The position numbers and the translations under genes were made by a program. The notes beneath the pieces are model-generated. The model saw only the letters and a list, made by a program, of their open reading frames with translations. It had not been told where the DNA came from and ran no database searches. Of a DNA stretch of 64,000 bases, positions 48,994 to 59,164 are shown piece after piece (within the stretch, counting starts at the first letter, position 1; the number at the start of each line of letters is the position of its first letter). Origin of the DNA: an uncultured Candidatus Actinomarina sp. (GTDB lineage: Bacteria > Actinomycetota > Acidimicrobiia > Actinomarinales > Actinomarinaceae); NCBI GenBank assembly GCA_902610815.1, contig CACLXG010000001.1, positions 76,775 to 140,774 on the forward strand. Direction: 5' to 3'.

Positions 48994-50145
48994 CTATATT
49001 TGATTTAAAAAGCTTTTACCAGGGAATATATTTTCTAAATTAAAAAATTCTGAAACAGTAGAGGCTATATTTGCAAAGCTTTCAACATCGCCAATATAAT
49101 TTGCTTTACCGTTATTTTTATATGCAACAAACGGAACATATTCCCTTGAGTGATCAGTTTTTCCATCTGTTGGGTCTGTGCCGTGATCTCCAGTTAAAAT
49201 AAGCAAGTCATTTTCGTTTAATAATTCAATAACTTTTCCTATACCTTTATCTATTATTTGTAAACCTTTGTAGTAACCATCAGGGTCTTCTCTGTGACCA
49301 TACAACATATCTAGATCTACTAAATTAACAAAAGTAAAATCATTATCTCCGGACTCAACTTCTTTTAACAAACATTCAATACCATTTTGATCGCCTTCAG
49401 TATGGACATAACTATTAAGAAATTCAATACCAAACAAATCAGAAATCTTTCCTATTCCATAAGTTTTTAAATTATTTTTTGATGCATAACTTAGAAGCGT
49501 TTCTCCAGGTGGATTCATTCCATAATCTTTCCTATCATAAGTTCGTTCAAAAGCGTTAATAGGACCTCTAAATGGTCGAGCAATTACTCTACCTATGTTG
49601 TACTGATTACAGTGTTTTCTAGAAATCTCACAAATTCTATAAAGCTCTTCAAGACTGCATACATCTTCATGAGCAGCGATTTGAAAAACTGAGTCACCAG
49701 ATGTGTATAAAATAAGTTCTTTGGTTTGCATATGTTGTTCACCAAGGTCTTTAATAATTTCAGTACCTGAAGCATGAATATTCCCAATAAATTTAAAATT
49801 AATTTCATCTTCTATCTTGCTGATAAGTTCATGAGGAAATCCATCTGGAAATGTTTCAAATTCCTTTGTTGTTATTAAACCTGCAATTTCCCAATGTCCT
49901 GTGGTTGAGTCGTTTCCTATAGATACTTCAGAAAGCCTACCAACAGTTGCTGCATGCTCAGTACCTAGTCCTAAAACATTAGTAATCTTTCCAAAACCTA
50001 ATTTATCAAAAGTGGGTAAATCAACACCTTGAACATGTTTTGCGACATTACCAAGTGTATTTACACCTTCGTCTCCGTATTGTTTTGCATCTGGTGCTTC
50101 ACCAACACCTAAAGAATCTATTACAACAAGAAAACATCTTTTCAT
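48994..50145 (-). CDS. deoB: Phosphopentomutase
   Basis: DSLGVGEAPDA, DSTTGHWE, ASGTEII, YTSGDSVFQIAAHE, RVIARPF, DHSRE. Confidence 0.95.
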   Translation of the reverse strand: MKRCFLVVIDSLGVGEAPDAKQYGDEGVNTLGNVAKHVQGVDLPTFDKLGFGKITNVLGLGTEHAATVGRLSEVSIGNDSTTGHWEIAGLITTKEFETFPDGFPHELISKIEDEINFKFIGNIHASGTEIIKDLGEQHMQTKELILYTSGDSVFQIAAHEDVCSLEELYRICEISRKHCNQYNIGRVIARPFRGPINAFERTYDRKDYGMNPPGETLLSYASKNNLKTYGIGKISDLFGIEFLNSYVHTEGDQNGIECLLKEVESGDNDFTFVNLVDLDMLYGHREDPDGYYKGLQIIDKGIGKVIELLNENDLLILTGDHGTDPTDGKTDHSREYVPFVAYKNNGKANYIGDVESFANIASTVSEFFNLENIFPGKSFLNQI

Positions 50146-50768
50146 TAGGTTGTTCCGAAAAGCCTGTCTCCCATATCACCCAGTCCAGGAACTATGTACC
50201 AATTCTCATTAAGTTTTTCATCTATTTTTGCAGTTACTAAGGTAATGTCACTGTGTTCCTTTTTCAATCTTTCAATACCTTCTGGAGCAGAAATAACTGT
50301 TAAAGCAATTATGCTTTTAGGATTGTGTTCTTTGACCTTGTCTATTGCAAATGAAAGAGAACCACCAGTAGCAAGCATAGGTTCTAGAATAAAAACATTT
50401 TTGTTTTCTAAGTTTGGTAAATTCTCGTAATAATACTCAGGCGTAGCGGTCTCTTCATTTCTTTGAACTCCGATGTATCCAAATGATGTACTAGGTAGTA
50501 GGTTCTTAACACCATCAACAAGACCTAAACCTGCTCTTAAAACTGCAATAGCAACATTCTCATTTTCAATTTCTAAACCATCAATACTGGTTAAAGGAGT
50601 CTCTATAGGTTTTACTTTTGTCGATATATTTTTTGTACCTTCAATAAAAAGCAGATATGACAATTTAGAGGAGTATTCTCTAAAATTTTCGAAATCTGTT
50701 TCCTTGTCTCTAATTATTGTTAGATAGTGATCTTTTAAAGGATGTGAAATTTCAATTACTTGCATCAA
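50145..50768 (-). CDS. upp: Uracil phosphoribosyltransferase
   Basis: VLRAGLG, PMLATGGS, YIVPGLGDMGDRLFGT. Confidence 0.95.
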   Translation of the reverse strand: MMQVIEISHPLKDHYLTIIRDKETDFENFREYSSKLSYLLFIEGTKNISTKVKPIETPLTSIDGLEIENENVAIAVLRAGLGLVDGVKNLLPSTSFGYIGVQRNEETATPEYYYENLPNLENKNVFILEPMLATGGSLSFAIDKVKEHNPKSIIALTVISAPEGIERLKKEHSDITLVTAKIDEKLNENWYIVPGLGDMGDRLFGTT

Positions 50769-50892
50769 AATTAGGTTAGCAAAACATTAAATCTTTTCTA
50801 GTTATTTTTATGAAGAAGTTAATCTATTTAATGTACATTTTATGTCTCACTTCATGTAAGATAATGTATTGCAATTTAAATAAAGGAAATTA

Positions 50893-51297
50893 ATGCCTGT
50901 AAGAATAAGACTTGCTCAAAGAGGTAAGAAAAAAAATAGAACTTTCCGTGTGATTGTTGCTGACTCTCGTTCACCAAGAGATGGCAAATTTATAGAAGAT
51001 TTAGGTTATTACGATCCACATCACAATCCATCTATGGTTGAAATTGATGTAGACAAAGCTGTTGCTTGGTTAGATAAAGGAGCACAACCTTCTGAAAGGG
51101 CGCAAAAAATATTAGAAATTTCAGGTGCATGGGCACAGTGGCGTTCGACTAAAGGAGAGGTTGTTCCCGTACCACAAGCTCCTGAAGAAAAAATTAAAAG
51201 CAGTTCAAAAGCTAATAAAAAACAACAAGAAGAAAATTTAGACGAAGAGAATAACAATGAGCCTTCTGAAGAGTCCACTGATAAGGAAGAGGAATAA
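50893..51297 (+). CDS. rpsP: 30S ribosomal protein S16 with acidic tail
   Basis: VRIRL..G.K, VADSRSPRDGKFIE, WLDKGAQPS. Confidence 0.97.
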   Translation: MPVRIRLAQRGKKKNRTFRVIVADSRSPRDGKFIEDLGYYDPHHNPSMVEIDVDKAVAWLDKGAQPSERAQKILEISGAWAQWRSTKGEVVPVPQAPEEKIKSSSKANKKQQEENLDEENNNEPSEESTDKEEE

Positions 51298-51548
51298 TGG
51301 CTTCAGGCACAATTGTTAAAAATGTTGTTGAGTACATCGTAAACCAGATTGTAGAAGATACTAAATCTGTAAAAGTTGATGTTGCAGACTCTGATGATGA
51401 AAATGTAACTATAGAGGTTAGAACTTCACCTGATGATATGGGAAGAGTTATTGGTAAAAGAGGAAGAGTCGCAAGAGCAATCAGAACTGTTGCACAAGCT
51501 GCAGCTGATGAAGAAGGCTTACAATCTTCTGTAGAATTTATTGACTAA
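51297..51548 (+). CDS. khpA: KH-domain RNA-binding protein KhpA
   Basis: DDMGRVIGKRGRVARAIRT; position after rpsP. Confidence 0.9.
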   Translation: MASGTIVKNVVEYIVNQIVEDTKSVKVDVADSDDENVTIEVRTSPDDMGRVIGKRGRVARAIRTVAQAAADEEGLQSSVEFID

Positions 51549-52020
51549 TCAAAACTATTTTATTGTAGGTAAGTTAGGTAAACCACATTCCTTAAAAGGT
51601 TTTCAATATATAAATATTGAATATTTTTTTCGAAATTTTGATTTAAAAGAAATTTCATTACAAATTGAAGGTATAAATTTTGTTGTTGAGGAATTTAAAA
51701 AACATTTAAAAAATAGAAATTTAATAAAATTCAAATCTTATGACACAATTGAATCAATTAGTAAATTAAGAAATATGGATGTAAAAATTAATAGAGACTT
51801 ACTTGATACATTTCTTAATGAAAATAAATTACCTTGGCCTGGTTTTTTTATAGGACAAGAATTAAAAGGTAATGATTACAAGTTGTTAAGTTATGAGGTC
51901 TTAAATAATATGTATTTTCTCAAAATTAGTGGTGTAGAAATGGTTGTCCCTTACAACAGTGATTTTTTTATTTATGAAAACGATAACTTAACTTTATTGG
52001 ACAGTAGCTTAACTATTTAA
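51541..52020 (+). CDS. rimM: Ribosome maturation factor RimM (divergent)
   Basis: VGKLGKPHSLKG N-terminus, LIKF..I..I..LRN; position after rpsP-khpA. Confidence 0.7.
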   Translation: MTNQNYFIVGKLGKPHSLKGFQYINIEYFFRNFDLKEISLQIEGINFVVEEFKKHLKNRNLIKFKSYDTIESISKLRNMDVKINRDLLDTFLNENKLPWPGFFIGQELKGNDYKLLSYEVLNNMYFLKISGVEMVVPYNSDFFIYENDNLTLLDSSLTI

Positions 52021-52713
52021 CCATTCAAACAATTTAATACTTACATTATCTTCAAGCATGTTTTCAGGATGCCACTGCACTCCAATTGCATTCCAACCAT
52101 TTGTGACCTCTACACCCTCAATAACACCATCAGATGATTTAGCAGTTATTTTTAAGTCATTACCAATTTTGTTTATTGCCTGATGATGAATTGAATTGAC
52201 TTGTATTTCATTTTCTTGAATTATTTTATATAATTTTGAGTTACTTTCTATATTTACATCATGAACATGTGAACGCGCATCATCAAATGGTTTATCATGT
52301 TCGATTTGACTAAATCCACTATCTTTGAGGTCTTGATAAAGTGTTCCACCTTTAAAAACATTTAATAATTGATGTCCTCTACATATAGCAAGAGTTTTTA
52401 TATTATGTTCTTCTGCAGATTTAAGCATTGCCAATTCGGTGCTATCTCTATAATCCGAAATTCTTATTGTTTTTTCGAGTTTTTCTTCTCCATAGATATT
52501 TGGGTTAATATCACCACCACCAGAAATTACAATTGCATCAAATTTTGATACGTCTATCATCTCTAAATTTTCTTGTGGCCCAAAGATAACAGCAGTATTT
52601 CCATAGTTGTTACATGCTTTAACAAAATCACTATTAATAACAACGCATGGAATATTACCAGGTGCCATGTCTACATTTTTAAGACCAGTGGATATTCCTA
52701 TTAATTTACCCAT
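52009..52713 (-). CDS. Peptidase C26/gamma-glutamyl-GABA hydrolase (PuuD-like); start adjusted
   Basis: SGGGDINP..YGE, AICRGHQ, VNSIHHQA, GVQWHPE. Confidence 0.85.
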   Translation of the reverse strand: MGKLIGISTGLKNVDMAPGNIPCVVINSDFVKACNNYGNTAVIFGPQENLEMIDVSKFDAIVISGGGDINPNIYGEEKLEKTIRISDYRDSTELAMLKSAEEHNIKTLAICRGHQLLNVFKGGTLYQDLKDSGFSQIEHDKPFDDARSHVHDVNIESNSKLYKIIQENEIQVNSIHHQAINKIGNDLKITAKSSDGVIEGVEVTNGWNAIGVQWHPENMLEDNVSIKLFEWLNS

Positions 52714-53122
52714 CGATAAAAACACACTGTACTTCTACACATACATTTAACGGTAAGCTAGCAACACCTACAGCTGATCGTGTCGACTTTTCAATAAAGT
52801 ATTCTGAAAGTTTATCTGTAAACCCATTGAGGACTTTTGCGTGATCCCCAAAACCTTCATTAGCATTTACAAAACCAATAACATTTACAGGTTGTAAGTT
52901 TTCAATAGATCCATGTTTTTTAATTGTTGCAATAGTAAGTTCAGCACATAACTCTGCCGCTTTATAGGCTTCATCTACTGAAATTTCAGTTGGTACCTTT
53001 CCTATATATTTTTTTTGTTCTGTAATAGGTACATGTCCAGATGTGTACACATAGTTTCCAATTTTTTTATATGTTACATAATTTCCAATTGCTTCCGGAG
53101 CGATTGGAAGATTGTTATCCAT
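52706..53122 (-). CDS. RidA/YjgF family protein
   Basis: GNYV, YTSGHVP, GFVN, RSAVGVASLP..VEV. Confidence 0.88.
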   Translation of the reverse strand: MDNNLPIAPEAIGNYVTYKKIGNYVYTSGHVPITEQKKYIGKVPTEISVDEAYKAAELCAELTIATIKKHGSIENLQPVNVIGFVNANEGFGDHAKVLNGFTDKLSEYFIEKSTRSAVGVASLPLNVCVEVQCVFIDG

Positions 53123-54119
53123 TATTTAATAGATTTCCAATAAGATCTACAACTCTATTTGAGTAACCCCATTCGTTGTCGTACCAACATACAACTTTGA
53201 CGTGATTTTTGTCTATTAATTGTGTTGAAGATGCATCATAAATACTTGAATGTGGGTTATTTAATATATCGGTAGATACAAGAGGAACTTCAGAGTACTC
53301 TAAAATACCTTTCAGTTCGTGATCTGCAGCTTCTTTAACAGCTTTATTTATATCATCTATAGAAACAGACTTTTCTAATTCCACCACTAAATCAACTACA
53401 CTTCCATCTGGCACAGGAACTCTCATTGCCATACCATCTAATTTGCCGTTTAATTCAGGTAAAACCATACCAACTGCTTTAGCTGCGCCTGTTGAAGTAG
53501 GAATTATATTTTGCGTAGCACTTCTGCCTCTTCTAAAATCACTATGTGTTGTTTCAGCTAGTGCTTGATCATTAGTGTATGCATGTACTGTGGTCATAAG
53601 ACCAGATTTGATTCCAAAATTATCATCCAATACTTTAGCTATGGGTGCTAAACAGTTTGTAGTACATGATGCATTAGAGACAATTTTATCATCTGGCTTC
53701 AAGTCATTGTCATTTACACCTAAAACTATTGTTGCGTCAATTTCATCTTTGGGCGGTACAGTAAGTAATACTTTTTTAGCACCAGCAGATATGTGTTTAT
53801 TAAGGGATTCATTATCTCTAAAAATTCCAGTTGATTCAATTACAACATCCACATCTAATTCGCTCCATGGAAGCTCAGATGGATCTTTTATTGAGGTAAG
53901 TTTAATAACTCTGTCTCCAACTAAAAGATTGTCTCCATCAACATTTACATCGCTATCCAAAATGCCCATTACAGAATCATGTTTTAAAAGATATGCAAGA
54001 TTTTCATAATTACCGAGGTCATTAATTGCAACAACATTTATATCAGAATTATTTTCAACAATTATTCTTAATATAGAACGTCCAATTCTTCCAAAACCAT
54101 TTATTGCTACATTACCCAT
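53115..54119 (-). CDS. gap: Glyceraldehyde-3-phosphate dehydrogenase (type I)
   Basis: INGFGRIGR, SNASCTTNCLAP, TTVHAYT, TSTGAAK, MRVP, WYDNEWGY. Confidence 0.97.
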   Translation of the reverse strand: MGNVAINGFGRIGRSILRIIVENNSDINVVAINDLGNYENLAYLLKHDSVMGILDSDVNVDGDNLLVGDRVIKLTSIKDPSELPWSELDVDVVIESTGIFRDNESLNKHISAGAKKVLLTVPPKDEIDATIVLGVNDNDLKPDDKIVSNASCTTNCLAPIAKVLDDNFGIKSGLMTTVHAYTNDQALAETTHSDFRRGRSATQNIIPTSTGAAKAVGMVLPELNGKLDGMAMRVPVPDGSVVDLVVELEKSVSIDDINKAVKEAADHELKGILEYSEVPLVSTDILNNPHSSIYDASSTQLIDKNHVKVVCWYDNEWGYSNRVVDLIGNLLNNG

Positions 54120-55125
54120 TTATAAAACCTGACCGAGCTTTTTCACTGTATCGACAATTCTAGCTGCATAACCCCAACCATTATCAAACCAAATAATGAG
54201 TTTAATTTTTTTATTATTAATACCCATTGTTGCTAACCCGTCCACTAAACCAGAGAATGTACTTCTTACAACATCAGAAGAAACAATTGGATCATATGTT
54301 AATCCGATAATGTTTTTTAAATCAGAATTGGAAGCATCCTCAATTATTTTATTGATATCTTCAATACTTGTTTCGTTTTTTGATATCAATTGTCAAATCA
54401 ACTGTACTTCCGTCAGGAATTGGTACTGTCATTGAAGATGAAGCTATCTTTCCTTCTATGAATGGAAGAACATTTGATATTACCTCAGAAGACTTGGTAA
54501 TACTTGGGATAATATTTTCACCAGCTGCTCTGTTAAGTCTAAAACCTTCACCTGCTACATCTGCTAAACGGTTTGAATTTGAATATCCATGAACAGTCGT
54601 GAGAAATGCTCTTTCAACCCCAACTTTACTATCTAAAGCTTTAATAATTGGTGCAACTGCATTTGCTGTATTGGAACCTAAGGAAAATACACTTGAGTTT
54701 AAATCTATATTTTCATCGTTTGCACCAGGCACATATATTTGTATATCTTCAAAATTTTCGGGAGTTGAGGCAACGATAACTTTTTTACAACCTTTTGATA
54801 AATGTTTATCAACTTCTTCTTTAGTCTTTGGTCTGCCAGTTGCAAGAACTACGATGTCAGTGTTTAGTTCATCCCAATTTGCTTCGTCACCATTTTTCCA
54901 AGAATTAAATATGATTTCTTTACCATTAACAACAATACCAGTTTCAGTTTCCTCAATTTCTGCATCTAACTTTCCGTAAATTGAGTCGTACTTTAATAAA
55001 TAAATTAAGTTAGCTTTATCAGCGGTGTCAGAAATAGATACAATATTTATATCATTATCATCCAATGTTTGCCTAAATAGATCTCTTCCTATTCTTCCAA
55101 AGCCAACTAAAGATACATTTGCCAT
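54120..55125 (-). pseudogene. GAPDH-like paralogue lacking the catalytic Cys, split by one extra base in an A6 run (possibly a sequencing artefact)
   Basis: ORFs 54361..55125 and 54120..54389 join into a 334-aa GAPDH-like protein if one T of the run at 54376-54381 is removed; GFGRIGR kept; SLGSNTANAVAP replaces SNASCTTNCLAP. Confidence 0.8.
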
Positions 55126-55194
55126 TAACCCTCACAAGATTATTGAATAATTGTTGTTACAATCAACTAATAATATACCTTAAAAACATTATTT

Positions 55195-56316
55195 ATGACA
55201 GAATTAACGAGAAAAATTAATGATTCCATCTTTGGAGCAGTTTCAACTGAAGAATTGTTAGCTACTGCTTTTGAAAAGAAAATAGATTACTTTGGCAACA
55301 ATATTACATATAGTCCTAAAGTTTTTATTCCACTAACAACAATGTGTAGAGACAATTGTGGATATTGTACATTTGTAAAATCTCCCAAAGAGGGTGGAAC
55401 TTATTTAAATCAAGAAGAGGTTCTCTCAATAGCAGAAGCTGGTAATGAAGCTGGTTGCTATGAAGCTTTGTTTACTTTAGGAGATAAGCCAGAGCTCAAA
55501 TGGGATTTTGCTTTAACCCAACTTAAAGAATTAGGCCATTCCTCAACACATGATTATTTAATTAGTTCGATGAAGGTTGTAAATGAGAAATTTAATCTTT
55601 TTCCTCACGCCAACCCTGGTTTAATGAGCAAAAAAGAGATAAAGGAGTTAAAAAATCACTCACCATCTGGTGGGATTATGATTGAGTCATTTTCAAAAAA
55701 AATATACGACAAGGGAAAAGCTCATTACAAAACAGATACTAAATATATTGATTTAAGGTTGGACACCCTTAACAATGCATTAGAAGAGAAATATCCATTC
55801 ACAACTGGATTACTTCTTGGTTTAACTTCAACAAAAGAAGAAATTGTGAATGATATATCTAATTTAATTGATTATGTTAAAAAGAACTCTGCAATTCAGG
55901 AATTAATATTACAAAATTTTAGAGCAAAGAAAAATACATTAATGAAGAATAGTTCTGAAATAACAAATGATTTATTTTTAAGAATCATTGCAACGACTAG
56001 AATTTATGCCCCTTCACATATATCTCTCCAAGTTCCACCAAATCTTTCACCGGACATAACAATATTTTTAAAAAGTGGCATTAATGATTTAGGTGGAATA
56101 TCTCCATTAACTATTGATTGGGTAAATCCAGATCATTTATGGCCAAATATAAATAAATTAAAATTAGATATTTCAAGTACAGATCAAGTCCTTAAAAAGA
56201 GGTTACCTGTTTATCCCGAATTTATAAAAAAAGAATGGTTAAATAGTAAAATTTTTGAAAAAGTTAATAATATTATTGATACAGATGGATATCCAAAAGA
56301 ACACAATGAACAATAA
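55195..56316 (+). CDS. cofG: FO synthase subunit CofG (radical SAM)
   Basis: TYSPKVFIPLT.MCRDNCGYC, EALFTLGDKPE, PHANPG, QVPPNL, VNPDHLWP. Confidence 0.92.
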   Translation: MTELTRKINDSIFGAVSTEELLATAFEKKIDYFGNNITYSPKVFIPLTTMCRDNCGYCTFVKSPKEGGTYLNQEEVLSIAEAGNEAGCYEALFTLGDKPELKWDFALTQLKELGHSSTHDYLISSMKVVNEKFNLFPHANPGLMSKKEIKELKNHSPSGGIMIESFSKKIYDKGKAHYKTDTKYIDLRLDTLNNALEEKYPFTTGLLLGLTSTKEEIVNDISNLIDYVKKNSAIQELILQNFRAKKNTLMKNSSEITNDLFLRIIATTRIYAPSHISLQVPPNLSPDITIFLKSGINDLGGISPLTIDWVNPDHLWPNINKLKLDISSTDQVLKKRLPVYPEFIKKEWLNSKIFEKVNNIIDTDGYPKEHNEQ

Positions 56317-58141
56317 CATTTCTTTTCTTCGAATCAGACCATGTGATAACGACAATGAAATATATTTAAATTCAAGAAAAAAAGAGGGAACTTCTGCATT
56401 CTTAATAAAAAGTGATGTGTCAGTAAATACAGATAATTTACATAATAAAGATTTTCAAACAGTATCAAAGGATATCACCATAAATTCAGACGCATGGATT
56501 GTTACTGATGAAAACTGGAAGAAATTTAAATCTGTTCATCCAAAAAGATTGATTTACATTTTTAAAAATAATATTGAAATCGCATTAGAAGTTATCGATA
56601 GACTAAAGCCACACACTATTTTAATTTCTACTAATTCAGATTTACAATTCCTTAAATCTATCAACTCAAAAACAAGTTTTATAACATCGACATATGTTGA
56701 AACAATTGAGGAAGCAATTGAATTTGCTAATGCAGGAGTTTCAGATTTACTCCTCAGGGACTGGAGTTCCGAACAGATATTAGAACTTCAAAATCTAGAA
56801 GGACTAAATTTCTATGAACGAACTTTACTTTCTCCAGTATTTTCTATTGATGAAGCAAGAGAAGAATTTGATAAAGAAAGATTTTTTAGATTCTTAAAAA
56901 CTAGAAATATCCGAGGTTTTAGAAGAGAAGAGACAAGTTGGTTTCCTGGTAGTGGAAAAAATATTCCAAATTTAAATAATTTTGTCTTTAACAACAAAAG
57001 CCAAATTAACCATTCTGAATTTGACTCAATATTGAAAAGGGTATTAGATGGATATCAAATTAATAATGATGATCTGAAAGTATTGTTTAATACCGCAGGA
57101 GAAAAAATAAATGATATTGCAAATGTTGCTAATGAGTTAAATTTTTTAAAAAACGGAAATAATGTTTCTTATGTAAAGAATAGAAATATTAATTATACAA
57201 ATCAATGCTATTACAAATGTGGTTTCTGTGGATTTTCTAAAGGTCCTAATAGTTTAAATTTAAAAGAAAAACCATACAGCATTGATATACAAGAAGTAGT
57301 TGAAAGAACTGTCGAAGCATATGAAATGGGTGCATCAGAAGTGTGTTTACAAGGCGGCATTCATCCTGACTATACGGGAGAGTTTTATTTAAAGATGGTA
57401 GAAGATATAAAAGCTTCTGTTCCGGAAATGCATATTCACGGTTTCACTCCTTTAGAAATTTGGCAAGGAGCAGAGACTATTGGTTTGAATGTTGAAGAGT
57501 ACTTAAGTCTGTTAAAAAAAGCTGGGCTAAACACACTCCCCGGTACTGCAGCTGAAATATTAGACGATAGAGTTAGAAAATATCTTTGCCCTGATAAAAT
57601 AACTTCTTCACAATGGGCATATGTCATGGAAGTAGCTCATAACTTAGGGATAAAATCTACAGCAACAATTATGTTTGGTCATATTGATGATATAGATTCA
57701 TGGGTTAATCATTTTTCATTAATTAAAAATGTTCAAAGCAAAACAAATGGATTTACTGAAGTTGTACCTCTTCCTTTTGTTCATATGGGTTCTCCTATTT
57801 ACTTACAAGGTAAAAGTATGCCAGGACCTACTTGGGATGAGGTAGTTCTTATTCACTCATTAGCACGAATTTATTTTGTAAATTCAATAGACAACATTCA
57901 AGCAAGCTGGGTGAAATTGGGTCATGATGGAGCAGGGAAACTACTTCATGCTGGTGTTAATGATTTAGGTGGTACTTTGATCAATGAAAACATTAGCAGA
58001 GCTTCAGGAGCAGATCATGGGCAAGAAACAACTGAAGATCAATTTATTCAAATAATTGAGTCTGAAAATAAAAATCCAATTTTGAGAAATACTCTATATA
58101 CAAAATTCACTGAAACAAAAAATACTTTAGAAAAAAGATGA
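56306..58141 (+). CDS. cofH: FO synthase subunit CofH (radical SAM) with an extra N-terminal domain; start adjusted to 56306
   Basis: NRNINYTNQCYYKCGFC.FSKG, EVCLQGGIHP, PGTAAEIL, IQASWVKLG, NDLGGTL. Confidence 0.88.
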   Translation: MNNNISFLRIRPCDNDNEIYLNSRKKEGTSAFLIKSDVSVNTDNLHNKDFQTVSKDITINSDAWIVTDENWKKFKSVHPKRLIYIFKNNIEIALEVIDRLKPHTILISTNSDLQFLKSINSKTSFITSTYVETIEEAIEFANAGVSDLLLRDWSSEQILELQNLEGLNFYERTLLSPVFSIDEAREEFDKERFFRFLKTRNIRGFRREETSWFPGSGKNIPNLNNFVFNNKSQINHSEFDSILKRVLDGYQINNDDLKVLFNTAGEKINDIANVANELNFLKNGNNVSYVKNRNINYTNQCYYKCGFCGFSKGPNSLNLKEKPYSIDIQEVVERTVEAYEMGASEVCLQGGIHPDYTGEFYLKMVEDIKASVPEMHIHGFTPLEIWQGAETIGLNVEEYLSLLKKAGLNTLPGTAAEILDDRVRKYLCPDKITSSQWAYVMEVAHNLGIKSTATIMFGHIDDIDSWVNHFSLIKNVQSKTNGFTEVVPLPFVHMGSPIYLQGKSMPGPTWDEVVLIHSLARIYFVNSIDNIQASWVKLGHDGAGKLLHAGVNDLGGTLINENISRASGADHGQETTEDQFIQIIESENKNPILRNTLYTKFTETKNTLEKR

Positions 58142-58773
58142 ATTCTTACAATGTAATAACATTATTTCCAAATCTAATTGAAGAATGGAAAAATACCGGG
58201 ATTATTAATCAAGCATTAAAAAATAATTTAGTAGCTATAAATTCAACAAACCTAAGAGATTTTGGCATAGGAACATATAAACAAGTTGATGATGCTCCAT
58301 ATGGCGGTGGGCCAGGAATGGTTTTGATGCCAGAACCATTAGACAAAGCTATAACTTCCAGCAAGGCAGATATTAATGTTTTCCTGACTCCATCAGGTCA
58401 GCAATTAAATGAAAACCTTATAAGTGAATTACTTGAATATAAGTCAATTAATCTGGTGTGTGGTAGATACGAAGGATTTGATCAAAGAATTTTAGAAATT
58501 CATTCTGATTATGAAATTTCAATTGGTCAAGCTGTTGTTTCTGGTGGAGAAGTACCAGCTTTGTATTTATTAGAAGCATTGATTAGGAAAATCCCAGATG
58601 TTTTAGGAAATCCTGAATCACTAATAAGTGAAACATTTACAGATAACAAAATTGATTATCCAGTCTATACAAGACCTGAAATCTTTAAAAATAAGGAAGT
58701 TCCAGAGGTACTTTTGTCTGGAAATCATCAAAAAATAGATGAATGGAAAAAGAATAATTTAAAAGACATATAA
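58138..58773 (+). CDS. trmD: tRNA (guanine37-N1)-methyltransferase
   Basis: TLFP, VDDAPYGGGPGMV, CGRYEGFDQR, SGGE, YTRP, LLSGNH. Confidence 0.96.
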   Translation: MNSYNVITLFPNLIEEWKNTGIINQALKNNLVAINSTNLRDFGIGTYKQVDDAPYGGGPGMVLMPEPLDKAITSSKADINVFLTPSGQQLNENLISELLEYKSINLVCGRYEGFDQRILEIHSDYEISIGQAVVSGGEVPALYLLEALIRKIPDVLGNPESLISETFTDNKIDYPVYTRPEIFKNKEVPEVLLSGNHQKIDEWKKNNLKDI

Positions 58774-58810
58774 ACCTGACTTAATTATATAATTCTCATC
58801 TGGAGCAACT

Positions 58811-59155
58811 ATGGACTTAATTAAAAGCATTGAAAATGAATTCTTAAAGGAAGACTTACCTTCTTTTGGTCCTGGTGATGCTGTAAAAGTAAATGTAAAA
58901 GTATCAGAAGGAAACAGAGAAAGAATTCAGACCTTCGAAGGTGTAATTATTGCTATTAATGGTGTAGGTATAAATAAAACTATTACTGTTAGAAAGCTAT
59001 CTTTCGGAGTTGGTGTTGAAAGAATTTTTCCAGTTCATGCACCAATTGTTGACTCAATTGAAGTTATTAGAAAAGGTAAAGTAAGAAGATCTAAACTCTA
59101 CTATCTCAGAGATCGTGTTGGTAAATCAGCAAAAATAAAAGAAGATCGTAATTAA
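58811..59155 (+). CDS. rplS: 50S ribosomal protein L19
   Basis: [35 protein letters not shown]. Confidence 0.97.
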   Translation: MDLIKSIENEFLKEDLPSFGPGDAVKVNVKVSEGNRERIQTFEGVIIAINGVGINKTITVRKLSFGVGVERIFPVHAPIVDSIEVIRKGKVRRSKLYYLRDRVGKSAKIKEDRN

Positions 59156-59164
59156 ACTTACTTT

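Noticed and set aside
54375-54381. Programmed -1 frameshift at A-AAA-AAC
   Set aside because: The heptamer is not in the required phase; restoring the frame needs +1, not -1.
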